DNA of 64,000 bases from Octopus sinensis (GCF_006345805.1 NC_043004.1:40238001-40302000); one strand, 5' to 3'; positions 13,520 through 27,315 are shown, counted from the first letter of the stretch. The notes: generated from the letters alone by a model not told the origin. Made by a program: numbers and translations.

Positions 13520-15385
13520 GGGGAATGCAGTAAGTGCTGAACACTGGTATATGCATATGTGCTTGTGTGTGTGTGCTTACACTTGTGTGTGTATATGTGT
13601 GTTTGTGCGTGAGTGTGTGTGTGCATGTGTATGTGTTTGTGTATGTATGTGTGCATATGTGTACATACATGTGTGTGCATGTGTGTATGTATGTGTGTGT
13701 GGTGCTTACACTTGTGTGTGTATATGTGTGTGTTTGTGCGTGAGTGTGTGTGTGTGTGTGCATGTGTATGTGTTTGTGTATATATGTGTGCATATGTGTA
13801 CATACATGTGTGTGCATGTGTGTATGTATGTGTGTGTGGTGCTTACACTTGTGTGTGTATATGTGTGTGTTTGTGCGTGAGTGTGTGTGTGTGTGTGCAT
13901 GTGTATGTGTTTGTGTATATATGTGTGCATATGTGTACATGCATGTGTGTATGTATGTGTGTGTGGTGCTTACACTTGTGTGTGTATATGTGTGTGTTTG
14001 TGCGTGAGTGTGTGTGTGTGTGTGCATGTGTATGTGTTTGTGTATATATGTGTGCATATGTGTACATGCATGTGTGTATGTATGTGTGTGTGGTGCTTAC
14101 ACTTGTGTGTGTATATGTGTGTGTTTCTGTGTGTGTGTGTGCATGTGTATGTGTTTGTGTATATATGTGTGCATATGTGTACATACATGTGTGTGCATGT
14201 GTGTATGTATGTGTGTGTGGTGCTTACACTTGTGTGTGTATATGTGTGTGTTTGTGCGTGAGTGTGTGTGTGCATGTGTTTGTGTATGTATGTGTGCATA
14301 TGTGTACATACATGTGTGTGCATGTGTGTATGTATGTGTGTGTGGTGCTTACACTTGTGTGTGTATATGTGTGTGTTTCTGTGTGTGTGTGTGCATGTGT
14401 ATGTGTTTGTGTATATATGTGTGCATATGTGTACATACATGTGTGTGCATGTGTGTATGTATGTGCGTGTGGTGCTTACACTTGTGTGTGTATATGTGTG
14501 TGTTTGTGCGTGAGTGTGTGTGTGCATGTGTTTGTGTATGTATGTGTGCATATGTGTACATACATGTGGTGCATGTGTGTATGTATGTGTGTGTGGTGCT
14601 TACACTTGTGTGTATATGTGTGTTTTGTGCGTGAGTGTGTGTGTTTGTGTGCATGTGTATGTGTTTGTGTATATATGTGTGCATATGTGTACATACATGT
14701 GTGTGCATTGTGTATGTATGTGTGTGTGGTGCTTACACTTGTGTGTGTATATGTGTGTGTTTGTGCGTGAGTGTGTGTGTGCATGTGTTTGTGTATGTAT
14801 GTGTGCATATGTGTACATACATGTGTGTGCATGTGTGTATGTATGTGTGTGTGGTGCTTACACTTGTGTGTGTATATGTGTGTGTTTGTGCGTGAGTGTG
14901 TGTGTGCATGTGTTTGTGTATGTATGTGTGCATATGTGTACATACATGTGTGTGCATGTGTGTATGTATGTGTGTGTGTGGTGCTTACACTTGTGTGTGT
15001 ATATGTGTGTTTGTGCGTGAGTGTGTGTGTGTGTGCATGTGTATGTGTTTGTGTATGTATGTGTGCACATGTGTACATACATGTGTGTGCATGTGTGTAT
15101 GTATGTGTGTGTGTGTGTGCTTACACTTGTGTGTATATGTGTGTTTGTGCGTGAGTGTGTGTGAGTGTGTGCATGTGTATGTGTTTGTGTATGTATGTGT
15201 GCATATGTGTACATACATGTGTGTGCATGTGTGTATGTATGTGTGTGTGTGCTTACACTTGTGTGTGTATATGTGTGTTTGTGTGTGAGTGTGTGTGTGT
15301 GTGCATGTGTATGTGTTTGTGTATGTATGTGTGCACATGTGTACATACATGTGTGTGCATGTGAGTATATATGTGTGTGTGTGTA
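13520..15385. repeat. Minisatellite of about 127 bp built from (GT)n, 14 units
   Basis: Anchor GCTTACACTTGT at about 13575, 13704, 13841, 13968, 14095, 14222, 14347, 14474, 14598, 14731, 14856, 14983, 15119 and 15251. Confidence 0.93.
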
Positions 15386-15499
15386 GTGCTTATGTGGAGG
15401 GGGAGCAGTAAGATATAACGATAGAGTTGGTAGCAGGATGGAGGATAGGAAAGAGATGATAATGTTGGGTTTGACTTCGGGAACACAAAAATTCGGGTT

Positions 15500-16265
15500 T
15501 GACTTCTTGTACACAAAATTTCATCACTGTACTTATGACTAACACTTATGCTACTGATAGCTCCCCCTATACATTGCTTGTATGGCTCTAACAAGTCATT
15601 CATTGGATCTTTTCAGTTTGAACGGCAGTTTTTAACATAATTTCTCGGTAACTAAAAAATTTTAAACTTCGTATACTGGTAGAATGTGTTTATAAAACAT
15701 CTTTTTCTCTTGGCTTTATTGAGAAAATTCTATAGTTTGTAAGATATTTGTTGTTTTTTTTTCTTCAATTTCTGCAATTTCAACCAATCACTGGCATCTA
15801 TTGAGGTAAAAAAAACATTCTGTGCTGTATGAATATGTCCCTCGTTTAAGAAACAGATTGTGTTTATTTACATTTGTGAAGAAAAAAAGATACCCTTCCC
15901 CCCACCCCCCCTAACCCTAACCCCAAAATAGATTGAAATGCAATAGATCGATACTAGGGTCATAATTATGGGTGACAATTTCATATGACACTGCTAGAAA
16001 AAAACTGCTGTTCAAACCGAAAATATCCCGTTCATCTACTCCTAAGTTCCTTAGAGACCACCAGATAACAGAGCGAGGTACTCAGTTGAAGGCTCTCTCC
16101 AGGTTGATAAGCGCCAATTATAATGGTTTACTTTTAATTTGACATTTCTCTTACTGTTGCTTACTAGAAAGATGGTATTTGTAGTACCCCTCCTTGGCAC
16201 AAAATCAAACTGTGTCTCATCTAGTCTAATTCTATTCTTAACAATTGGGCTATAACTCTCTTATT
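15500..16265 (-). pseudogene. RTE-clade LINE reverse-transcriptase remnant split by a MITE
   Basis: RLDETQFDFVPRRGTTNTIFLV...ALINLERAFN*VPRSVIWWSLRNLGVDE[insertion 15605-16028]xLVRAIQAMYRGAISSISVSHKYSDE, matching the RTE QFGFxPGRGTTDAIF...VDLEKAFDRVPR motifs. Confidence 0.82.
15605..16028. mobile_element. TIR MITE with telomeric repeats, copy 1 (Merlin-like)
   Basis: TIR GGATCTTTTC(A/G)GTTTGAACGGCAGTTTT. Decayed 8-bp TSD CATTCATT/CGTTCATC. Internal (CCCTAA)2. Confidence 0.85.
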
Positions 16266-16273
16266 TAAGTATA

Positions 16274-16513
16274 CAGGGTTGACCAAAAGTCACTTGACAG
16301 TGAATCAAAACCATTCAATTCCAAGATTTAAAAAAAAAAAATTTATATGAGACTTTGGTAATAATAAATGGACAAATTTTGAAAAGAATCGGTGATTTTA
16401 ACTCATAGCATTCAATTATTAAACATTCATAATTGGAATGAATAAATAAAATTGAATATGAAGTAATTATGGAATTTTTTTATTTAGTGTCAGGTGACTT
16501 TTGGCCAACCCTG
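16274..16513. mobile_element. Tc1/mariner-type MITE
   Basis: 26-bp TIR CAGGGTTG(A/G)CCAAAAGTCAC(T/C)TGACA with 2 mismatches; TA TSD on both sides. Confidence 0.9.
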
Positions 16514-16570
16514 TATAATGTGTTCAAATCATCAGTCAACAGAACGATCATAAATACTTTTAAAATTCTT

Positions 16571-16949
16571 AGATCTTTTCGGTTTGAACGGCAGTTTTTA
16601 ACGTAATTTCTAGGTAACTAAAAAATTTTAAACTTCGTATACTGGTAGAATGTGTTTATAAAACATCTTTTTCTCTTGGCGTTATTGAGAAAATTCTATA
16701 GTTTGTAAGATATTTGTTGTTTTTTTCTTCAATTTCTGCAATTTCAACCAATCACTGACGTCTATTGAGGTAAAAAACATTCTGTGCCATATGAATATGC
16801 CTTAAGAAACAGATTGGGTTTATTTACATTTGTGAAAAAAAAAAGATGCTCTTCCCCCCACCCCTAACCCTAAAATAGATTGAAATGCAACAGATCGATA
16901 CTAGGTTCATAATTATGGGTGACAATTTCATATGAAACCGAAAAGATCC
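16571..16949. mobile_element. TIR MITE with telomeric repeats, copy 2 (Merlin-like)
   Basis: Same TIR (right one internally deleted). TSD AAATTCTT/AAATTTTT. Internal (CCCTAA)2. Confidence 0.85.
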
Positions 16950-17299
16950 AAATTTTTACCATTTATTATCGTCATGCAATGAGATAATTGACTAACTTTA
17001 AAACAGAAGAGAAGTCTTGTCACAATGGAGACTTGAAGAGAAGTGAAGTCAATCGGTTTGAAATATTATAGTAAATGAACTAATAACAAACTTGAAAGAC
17101 TTAGATTATATGGCTTCATGTGTTTTGATTTATCTTAAGCTATTACGGTTCACACTGACACTGATCCTGGCCTCTTAATCCAGATTGACACTAACTTGTC
17201 AAACAGCTTGTCAAATAACTAACTTGTCAAATAGCTTACTGAACTACTAAGCCAAGGAGAGAATTAAAAATTCTTCAAATTTCTTAGGGTTCCTTTTGT

Positions 17300-17900
17300 T
17301 CTCCTTTACGAAACCTGTTTCTGGAGTGTGGAATTAATCTGTGGGATGAGGAATTTTTCCATGAGATTGGAAACTGACCTGTTTACTCCACCACTTTTGG
17401 ATATTCATTGCATGTTTTCCTCTTTGTACTTTTCTCAAAATTGACAGCTATTAAAGACCATATCTACAGTTCTTTGCTTTGTGCTGGAACCACCCTGGGA
17501 TTCTAGTAGGATATATTTTATGAATTTGGGTGAGTGTTACTCCAACAGTGGACAAAAGAGAGACTTTTCTGAAATCCCAAGTCTCTCATTCTTGTAGAGT
17601 GAAGAAAGAACTGTATCTCCCCATTCCTATGGAGGAGTTGTTTTAACCTGGTATTATAAATAACTGCCTCTAGAAATTCCAGCAATTTCACATCTCCTTA
17701 CTACAAAATTTCAGCAGTTAATCCAATTATTACAGAACATTATTATTAATCATTTGGCTCACAAAAATCTTAATTTCCTCCCAGGTGGGAACATTATCAA
17801 GTGATTGAATATACCTATTGTTCATTGAGATTGAGCACAAACTCATCAACAATAGGATGGCACTTCAGAAACTCCTTATAATGCCCACGTCACCTTTCCT
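17300..17900 (-). pseudogene. Second, older RTE-clade RT remnant
   Basis: LDNVPTWEEIKIFVSQMINNN...GLTAEIL...ESQGGSSTKQRTVDMVFNSCQF*EKYKEEN resembles RTE/BovB ESQCGFRxxRxTVDMIFxxRQLQEKCREQN. Confidence 0.65.
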
Positions 17901-19850
17901 GAATCTTACCATATTACTGTATGTTTCTTTACCCGCTCACTACTTAAAGGAATCATATGTTGCTTGCTTCCTTTAGAAGACAGGTGAAGGTTTTTGAATT
18001 CTTAATATCTGCGGTAAGATGAATTTTTGAAGTTTTATTTTCTCACCAAAAGTTCTAGATTTCCCTTATGTGATTTTAAAGATTGAAATGACTTGTGTTT
18101 CCTGGATGGTTTCTGATTAACCAATTAGTACTCAATTTTTTTTATTTAATTTATTACCAAAAATCTTTTTTTATACAACTTTATCTGATACTAAATATAT
18201 AAAAAAAAATTTATTACAATATTTGAAAGACACTGCAGTTTTGATGACTAGCTAAAAATATCTGAGAAAAAATACAGGTGTGGCAGAAATATGATGGATT
18301 ATCCTTCTGGTCCTGAAAAAAGTGCTAATGGGTTAATGCAAAAGGTTAGCAACTTTAACAGAAAGGGATTAGTCAATATCATCAACTCCAGTACTTGACT
18401 AGTACTTAATTTTATTAACTCTGGACAAATAAAAAAATAAATATGACTTGGCAGGATTTGAACACAGAATCTACTGAATCACTACTCTTAAAATTGATCC
18501 CTGTATTTGACTGGTCATCGTCAAATTCATTTAACATCTATTTTCCTTGCTGGCATGGGTTAGACCCAAGTTGGTAAGCTGGAGAACTGCACCAGGCTTC
18601 AGTTGCCAGTTTTGGCTTGGTTTCTATGGCTTGATGCCCTTCCTAATGCCAACCACTTTATAGAGTGTACTAGGTGCTTTTTTATGTGTCACTAACACAG
18701 GTTCCTTTTATGTGTCAACAGCATGGGTGCCTTTTATGTACCACAAGCACAAATGCCTTTAACTCATCACTGGCACAGTTGCCTTCTATGTGTTGTCACC
18801 AGCAACAATGGGGTTGCCAAGTAACTCGAAAAAGCTACAGAAGAAATACTTGGCCACTGGTACTTTATTTTATTGAACTCAGAAAGATAAAAGTCAGAAT
18901 TGATCTTATTAAGATTTGAAATCAGATTCTCACTGAACTTGAAGGTGAGATTCTATTAAATGCATGTCATGGGTGCTGCTACATCCAATAAGGAGGCCAC
19001 AACATCACAGAAGAAATGATATTTTTTACCAATAACTTGGTGAACATTTCAGATGAAAATAGTAGCAACAACAACAACAATGGCTATAGTAACAATAATA
19101 ATCCTTTCTAATTTGGGCTTGAAATTTTGGGTGAGTGCTCAACTGCTACTTATTTTATTGATCTTGAAAGGATGGAAGGCAAAGTTGACCTTAGCAGAAT
19201 TTGAACTCAAAATGTAAAGACTAAGCATTTTGTTTGGCATGCTAACAATTTTACATACTCACTTACCTTAAAAGCAACAATAATAATCCTTCCTACTATA
19301 GGTACAAGGTCTGAAATTTTGGAGGAGGGAACTAGTCAATTACATTGACCCCAGAGCTCAATAGGTATTTATTTCATCAACCCTGATAAGATGAAAGGCA
19401 AAGTCGACCTCAGCAGAAAGATGGATGAAATTCCACTAAACATTTTATCCAGCATGTTAACAATTCTGCCAGTAATTAATAACAACAAAAGACAGAAATA
19501 ACAATGACAACATAATAGAAGCAGCAGCAGCAGCAGCAGCAATGGTAAGAACAGGAACTGCAAGGACAACAACAATAACGAGTAATAGTAATAGTAATTA
19601 CAAGGATAATAAAAATGCCAGTAATAATTGGAGCATTGGGCATTATAAAAAAAACATATTAACAAAAACATAAAAACTATACCAGGATCGTCAACACTAC
19701 AGACTATCCAAAAAACGGCCCTGCTAGGAACAGACCACATCCTATGCAGACACTATCAATTCAATAATACAACGTAAGCAAAACCACAAACACAAAACAC
19801 ACTCTATACTGCAAGTACCCAATGAAATAAACTACTCTTGATTATAATGG

Positions 19851-20216
19851 ACTAGCACTATGACCTGGCATTGCCGGGTCATAGTGCTAGTGCATGCATA
19901 TACAGCTGCGTGCGTGCGCACATACACGCGAGTACTGTCCAAATCTCCGACCAATCACATACAGCTAGCTGTCATTCAATTGGCATATCAAGTTTCGGGC
20001 ATTTTGATTGGGTTTTGGATAGAAAATTCACAAAAAAGTCACTTCTATTGATTTTTTAATTGTTTTGCGGGGTGACTGGGGAAATGTAAAGATGTGCATG
20101 ACCACCCTTGGACGGTTTGAATGACCATAGAAAGTGCGAGCCCTCTACTTGAAAAAATTGTGGATTTGTATAAAGGGCACACACGCAGACATTTTGCCAT
20201 TTATATATAGAGAGAT
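19851..20216 (+). mobile_element. Non-autonomous rolling-circle (Helitron/Helentron-type) element, tentative
   Basis: Starts ACTAGC followed by the subterminal palindrome TGACCTGGC-ATT-GCCGGGTCA and ends TATATATAGAGAGAT. No TIR. Family assignment is from recalled structure only. Confidence 0.45.
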
Positions 20217-20660
20217 GTCTGTTGACTCTTCTGAGTTCCTTTGCCCTTTGATAGGTCTTGTCTTTCAACCCATGGGATGTCCCAAAATCACCCTCCTCAC
20301 AAAGAAAGCTTAGTGGAGGTTGTTACTTTAGTCACCAATGACCTGACCATGCTACAGGTTGTACTGGGTTACATGTTACCCACTGTGAGAGAGCAGCCTG
20401 ACATGTAGTTTTATATATATATTGAGCAAAAACACCTCAAACTCTATGAGGCTCCGGCAGGTGAGGAGTGGTGGCGATCCCTGCTGTACTCTTTTGCCAC
20501 AACTTTCTCTCACTCTTTCTTCTGTTGGCCTACTCGCTTAGCCAGCGGGGTGGCATCATTTGAGGGTTAAAACAATGCGAAGTGCATTGTGACCAGCGAT
20601 GTGTAGCAACATCTGATAGTCTGATCAGTCACATGATCATGTGATATATACATGTGTATA

Positions 20661-20696
<36 letters not shown>

Positions 20697-20867
20697 CAAA
20701 TTGAGATAGGGGTTGTGAGTGCAACCCACCATGGGATAACATATATCCAATATACTGCTAGTAAAGCACCCAACAAAGTTAATACATAAATTTTAAGAAT
20801 TGCGATGCAATTAATTCATTTATTGTATTATATAGGCAAAGGTAAAATGTTTTACCACAAATTAATA

Positions 20868-21024
20868 ATACAAAATAAGAAAATGGAGAAATACATCTTA
20901 ATCAATAATCAACTACCAGATAATACCCAATCACATAATTTATTTGGTTTAATAAATTATGTGATTGGGTATTATCTGGTAGTTGATTATTGATTAAGAT
21001 GTATTTCTCCATTTTCTTATTTTG

Positions 21025-21027
<3 letters not shown>
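20868..21027. repeat. Perfect 77-bp inverted repeat with a 6-nt loop
   Basis: Arms 20868-20944 and 20951-21027, loop TGGTTT. The ORF track shows the same peptide on both strands. Confidence 0.95.
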
Positions 21028-21092
<65 letters not shown>

Positions 21093-21293
21093 TATACATA
21101 CACTAAAAGATATGGTGGTAATGGCAGGAATGCTTTTGTTCATGGGTCTGCTGGGTTCAGTATTGACCTGGGGTTAAACAGGAACAGCCTAATAGGAATA
21201 ATTGGAATCAGTAGCTACTAACAACACCTGCAACAACAACAACAACAACAGTAACAAAATAATAAGTACATCGACACCACCACTGCCACTACC

Positions 21294-21386
<93 letters not shown>

Positions 21387-22176
21387 AGCAGCAGCAGAAA
21401 CAGCAATAACAACAATGGCAATAATGATACTTTCTACTATAAGCACAAGGCCTGGAATTTGAATGGGAAGGGCATGGTTGATCCCACCAACCACAATGTT
21501 TCATTGGTACTTAATTTATCAACCCTGAAAGGACAAAAAGGTAAAGTCGACCTCAGCAGTGTTTGAACTCAAAACATAGCATTTCGCCTGTCATACTAAT
21601 GATTCTACCAGCTCGCTGCCTTAACAATAACAATAACAATAACAGTAGAAAGATCAACAAATAAAATTATATTTGATCTAATTGGAATGTTTGATACTAA
21701 TTAATGACCTGGGAGAGTAAAACAATATTATAATTGAGGGTAACCTCATGTATATACACACACAAATATGTAGGTCACATACACAAGGCATGAATTATAC
21801 ATACATGCACCAATACATGCTCACCACATGTCATGTATTACACATCATAAACTCCTGCACAACATAATTACATTCATCATGGAGCATCATAAATTTCACA
21901 CAGATAACACACACACACACACATAAATATATTCACACACATTGACCACAGTCACTCACACATGGATACATTCACACACACACACACACAAATATATTCA
22001 CTCACACATGGATACATTCACACACACACACACACAAATATATTCACTCACACATGGATACATTCACACACACACACACACACATTCACAGGTAAATGGA
22101 TGAGATATTAATGTTTAACAGTAACACATTTCATTCAGACTTACTGAATTAAATAGTTTTTAACTGAAACTTTAAA

Positions 22177-22520
22177 CAGGCGTAGGAGTGGCTGCGTGGT
22201 AAGTAGCTTGCCTACCAACCACATGGTTCTGGGTTCAGTCCTACTGCGTGTCATCTTGGGCAAGTGTCTTCTGCTATAGCCTCGGGCCAACCAATGCCTT
22301 GTGAGTGGATTTGGTAGACGGAAACTGAAAGAAGCCTGTCGTATATATGTATATATATGTATGTATGTGTTTGTATATGTTTGTGCTTAACAACCGATGC
22401 TGGTGTGTTTACGTCCCTGTCACTTAGCGGTTCGGCAAAAGAGACCGATAGAATAAGTACTGGGCTTACAAAGAATAAGTCCCGGGGTTGAATGACTGAA
22501 ACGAGTAAAAGAGTAAAAAG
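22177..22520 (+). mobile_element. SINE family A
   Basis: Head GGAGTGGCTGCGTGGTAAG, internal (TA)n, tail GAGTAAAAGAG. Confidence 0.85.
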
Positions 22521-22543
22521 AGTATTCCTTTAGAGCTATAGAT

Positions 22544-22604
<61 letters not shown>

Positions 22605-22796
22605 ATGTGTTTCTACAGCTGGATGTCCTTCCTAATGCCAACCACTCCAAGAGTGTAGTGGGTGCTTTTTTTACATACCACAGGCACAGGAGCCAGAGGG
22701 GGCTGGCATTGGCGATGTTCGGGTGGTGTTTTTTACGTGCCAGTGGCACAGGGATTTTATATGCCACCGGCATGAGTTTATATATATATATATATG

Positions 22797-23180
22797 TTGG
22801 GTTGTCCGGAAAGTTCATGCCAATTTTTAAAGGAAAGAAAAAGGTCAATAAATACTTGCCATTACATTTTTAATCAACTAAATATGAACCATTTTGTTGC
22901 ACATTACGTCTCCATCTTTCCATTATCTTGAAAATACCTTCTTCCCAGAATTGAGGTGGTTTTATGGCAAAGAATTCATCAAGGTATCTTTTTACGTCAT
23001 CCAAGGAATCGAAATTTTTACCATTAAGACTATTCTGCAGAGACCTGAATAAGTGGAAATCAGAAGGAGCAATATCTGGTGAATATGGAGGGTGGGGTAA
23101 CACATCTCAGCCGAGCTGCTGAAATTTTTGTTTGGTTCCCAAAGAAATGTGCGGTCTTGTATTATCATGTTGGAAAACAG
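22797..23180 (-). pseudogene. Mariner 3' fragment (DD34D)
   Basis: VFQHDNTRPH...LG*DVLPHPPYSPDIAPSDFHLFRSLQNSL...NGSYLVD*. There are 34 residues between the last two catalytic D; TIR-like TGTTGGGTTGTCCGGAAAGTTC at about 22796. Confidence 0.9.
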
Positions 23181-23490
23181 CTAGGTTCAAGATTTAGTCA
23201 TTATTTCTAGCAGATTGAGTTACCAGATACAAACCTCCCTGTGAGCACATCATAAAAATTGGTTGTTGTTGCTGTTGTTTTTCTCTCCTTTTTTTTCTCA
23301 CTCCTTTTTTGTCAACTTTGGTAGGATTTGAACACGACTGGATTGAAGATTCAGTTATCATTTCTAGCAGATCGAGTAACTACATAGAAGCCACCCCATG
23401 AGCACATTGCAAAGATTAATTATTGTTGTTGTTGTTGTTGTTCTCCTCCTCTCCCCCTCCCCCTCCTCCTCCTCCTCCTCCTCCTCCTCC

Positions 23491-23531
<41 letters not shown>

Positions 23532-23597
23532 TTCTTCTTCTTCTTCTTCTTCTTCTTCTTTATCATCATCATCATCATCATCATCATCTTCTTCTTT

Positions 23598-23632
<35 letters not shown>

Positions 23633-24049
23633 ATTATTATAATTTTTTTTTCCTTCCCTCTTGTTTCTTCTTTCTATTTATTTGCTAATTTTTTTTTCTT
23701 CATTTTCTTTTATCAATTAATGAAAGAAAAGAAGAAAAAATAGGTGGGGGGTGGCGGGGAGGAAACAATGAAACTAAAGGCTTAGATAATAGACTACAAT
23801 GAAACAGAAGAACTGCAAACAATATGGGGAAGATTGCCAACAAACAAACTGTGACATTTAAAATATTGAAATGGATTGTAGTAAAAAGGTTTCACAAGGG
23901 CAAAGCACATTTAATTTGTTTCTCTGGGAAATTCTTTCTTATTTATTTATTTATTTATTTTTTAAACTTTTTATTTGGTTTATCTTTTTTTTTTTTTTTC
24001 AAATTTCATCTTTCTATCTTTCTGTTTAACATTTCATTGTGTTGAATGA

Positions 24050-24226
24050 CAACAACAATGATGATGATGATGATGATGTTGGAAGTGGTAGTGATGATGA
24101 TGGTGGTGGTGGTGGTGGTGGTGGCTGTGGTGGCAGCAGCGACAGCGGGTTATTGTGGTGGTGGATGATGGTGATGATGGTGATGGTGGTGGTGGTGGTG
24201 GTGGTGGTGGTGGTGGTGAATGGTGG

Positions 24227-24263
<37 letters not shown>

Positions 24264-24945
24264 AATGATGATATCAGTAGTAGTTGTGGCAGTGGTAGTG
24301 ATGGTGATGGTGGCTGCAGTGGCAACGACAGCAGTTGTTGTGGTGGTGAATGATGGTGGTGGTGGTGGTGTGGTGGTGGTGAATGGTGGTGATGATGATG
24401 ATGATGATGATGATGAGATGATGATAATGATGATATCAGTAGTAGTTGTGGCAGTGGTAGTGATGGTGATGGTGGCTGCAGTGGCAGCGACAGCAGTTGT
24501 TGTGGTGGTGAATGATGGTGGTGGTGGTGGTGGTGGCGGCGTTGGTGGTGGTAAATGATGGTGATGATGGTGGTGGTGGTGGTGATGGTGGTGAATGGTG
24601 ATGATGATGATGATGATGATGATATCAGGAGTAGTTGTGACAGTGGTAGTGATGGTGGTGATGGCAGCAGCTGCAGCAGCAGTGACAGTGGTGATAAATA
24701 CTGATGCTGGTGGTTATAGTGGTGGTTGTGGTTGTGGTGGTGGTAGTGGTTGTCGACATCATAGTGGTGGTAGTGGTGGTGGGGTGCTGCTGCTACTGTT
24801 GATGATGAAGATAGATAACTGTGGTGGTGGTAGTGGTAGTGGTGGTGGTGGTGCAGCTGTTGCTGGTAATAATGATAATGATGATGATGGTTGTGATTGT
24901 AGTTGTGATGGTTTTCATGGTGATGATAGTCATGGTGATAGAGGT
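24050..24945. repeat. Compound (GAT)n/(GGT)n array with internal ~170-190 bp re-duplications
   Basis: The anchor GATATCAG(T/G)AGTAGTTGTG recurs at about 24270, 24433 and 24621. Confidence 0.9.
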
Positions 24946-24960
24946 ATTGAAAACAAATAG

Positions 24961-25110
24961 GGGCAGGGATGGCCGTGTGGTAAGTAGCTTGCTTACCAGC
25001 CACTTTGTTGTGGGTTCGGTCCCACTGCAAGGCACCTTGGGCAAGTGTCTTCTACTAATGCCTTGGGCTGGATTTGATAGACAGAAACTGAAAGAAGCCC
25101 ATCATATATC

Positions 25111-25156
<46 letters not shown>

Positions 25157-25394
25157 GTGTGTGTGTGTGTTGTGTGTGTGTGTTTGTGTGTGTGTGTTTG
25201 TCCATCCACCAACATCGCTTGACAACTGACGTTGTTGTGTTTATGTCCCCGTAACTTAGCGGATCAGCAAAAGAGACCGATAGAATAAGTACTAGGCTTA
25301 CAAAGAATAAGTCCTGTAGTCGATTTGTTTGACTAAAAGCGATGCTCCAGCATGGCCGCAGTTAAATGACTGAAACAAATAAAAGAATAAAAGA
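24961..25394 (+). mobile_element. SINE family A, full length
   Basis: Matches 61095-61500. Confidence 0.87.
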
Positions 25395-25614
25395 ATTCTG
25401 CAATCTCCTAACAAGGAAGCCTCTTATACCTGCAAGAAATAGTAGCCAAGTTTCCTAGAAATTGCATAGTGCAGGCTCAGAAATTATAAGGGAACACATT
25501 GGATAATGTAGTCCGAGGTACGTGAGGTACATCAGAAAAAAGATGAGATGATTATCAGTGTAATGCCATTGACGATAGAGTACTGATTCAATGATGGGAT
25601 AAACTACTTCTGTC

Positions 25615-25986
25615 TCTACTACTGCTATTACTACTACTACTATTGCTGCTGTTGTTGCTGCTGCCACTAATGATGATGATGATGCTACCATCAGTACAAC
25701 CACTGCCACTACCACTGCCACCACCACTACTACTACTACAACTGCTGCTGCTGCTGTTGCTGCTGCTGATGATGATGATGATGATGCTACTACCACTGCC
25801 ACCACCACCACCACCACCACCACCACCATCACCACCACCACCACTACCATCACTACAACCACTGCCACTACACCACTGCCACTACAACCACTGCTACTAC
25901 TACTACTACTGCTGCTGCTGATGATGATGCTACCATCAGTACAACCATCGCCACTACCACTGCCACCACCACTACTACTACTACAA

Positions 25987-26052
<66 letters not shown>

Positions 26053-26768
26053 TTGCTGCTGCTGCTGTTGCTGCTGCTGCTTTTGCTGCTGCTGCTGTTG
26101 CTGTTGCTGCTGCTGCTGATGATGATGATGCTACTACCACTGCCACCACCACCACCACCATCACTACCATCACTACAACCACTGCCACTACCACCACAGC
26201 TACTACTACTACTACTGCTGCTGCTACTAATACTGCTACTACTGCTGCTTCTGCTGCTGCTGCTGTTGTTGCTGATGGTGATGCTGATGCCATCATCATT
26301 ATTGTTCTCCTTCACCTCATTTTCCATTTCACTTACATTCACAACTTTTGTCATCGTCGCCGTCGTCGTTGTCATCATCATCATCATCATTGCTGTGGTT
26401 GTTGTTACCATCCCCATCATCATCATCATCATCATCATCCCCATCATCATCATCCCCATCATCATCATCATCATCACCACTATCATCATCACCATCATCA
26501 TCATCATCATCATCATCCCCATCATCATCATCATCCCCATCATCATCATCATCATCATCATCATCATTAACCCCATCATCATCATCATCATCATCATCCC
26601 CATCATCATCATCATCATCCCCATAATCATCATCATCATCATCATCATCCCCATCATCATCATCATCATCATCATTATCACCATCCCCATCATCATCATC
26701 ATCCCCATCATCATCATCATCATCGCCATCATCATCATCATCATTGCCATCATCATCATCATCATCCC

Positions 26769-26807
<39 letters not shown>

Positions 26808-27058
26808 TCATCATCATCATTATCCCCATCATCATCATCACCCATCATCATCATCATCATCATCCCCATCATCATCATCATCATCCCCATCATCATCATC
26901 ATCATCATCATCATCCCCATCATCATCATCATCATCATCATTATCACCATCCCCATCATCATCATCATCCCCATCATCATCATCATCACCATCGCCATCA
27001 TCATCATCATCATCGCCATCATCATCATCATCATCCCCATCATCATCATCATCATCCC

Positions 27059-27094
<36 letters not shown>

Positions 27095-27315
27095 TATCCC
27101 CATCATCATCATCATCCCCATCATCATCATCATCATCATCCCCATCATCATCATCATCATCCCCATAATCATCATCATCATCATCATCATCATCCCCATC
27201 ATCATCATCATCATCATCATCATCACCATCCCCATCATCATCATCATCATCATCATCATCCCCATCATCATCATCATCATCATCATTATCACCATCCCCA
27301 TCATCATCATCATCC

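Noticed and set aside
13575-15260. CRISPR-like regularly spaced repeat
   Set aside because: The intervening sequences are near-identical to each other rather than unique spacers. The context is eukaryotic and there are no cas genes.
12403-15514. ORFs of 150-385 aa rich in RE/LS or CV/HT
   Set aside because: Read-through of (GA)n and (GT)n satellites, not coding.
15500-17900. Idea that both RTE remnants are one fragmented element
   Set aside because: Each has its own QxGF...T.D.IF...EK segment, so they are separate insertions.
25395-25430. IQ-motif-like peptide AGIRGFLVRRLQ on the minus strand
   Set aside because: It runs straight into a SINE tail with no donor site and is too short to be meaningful.
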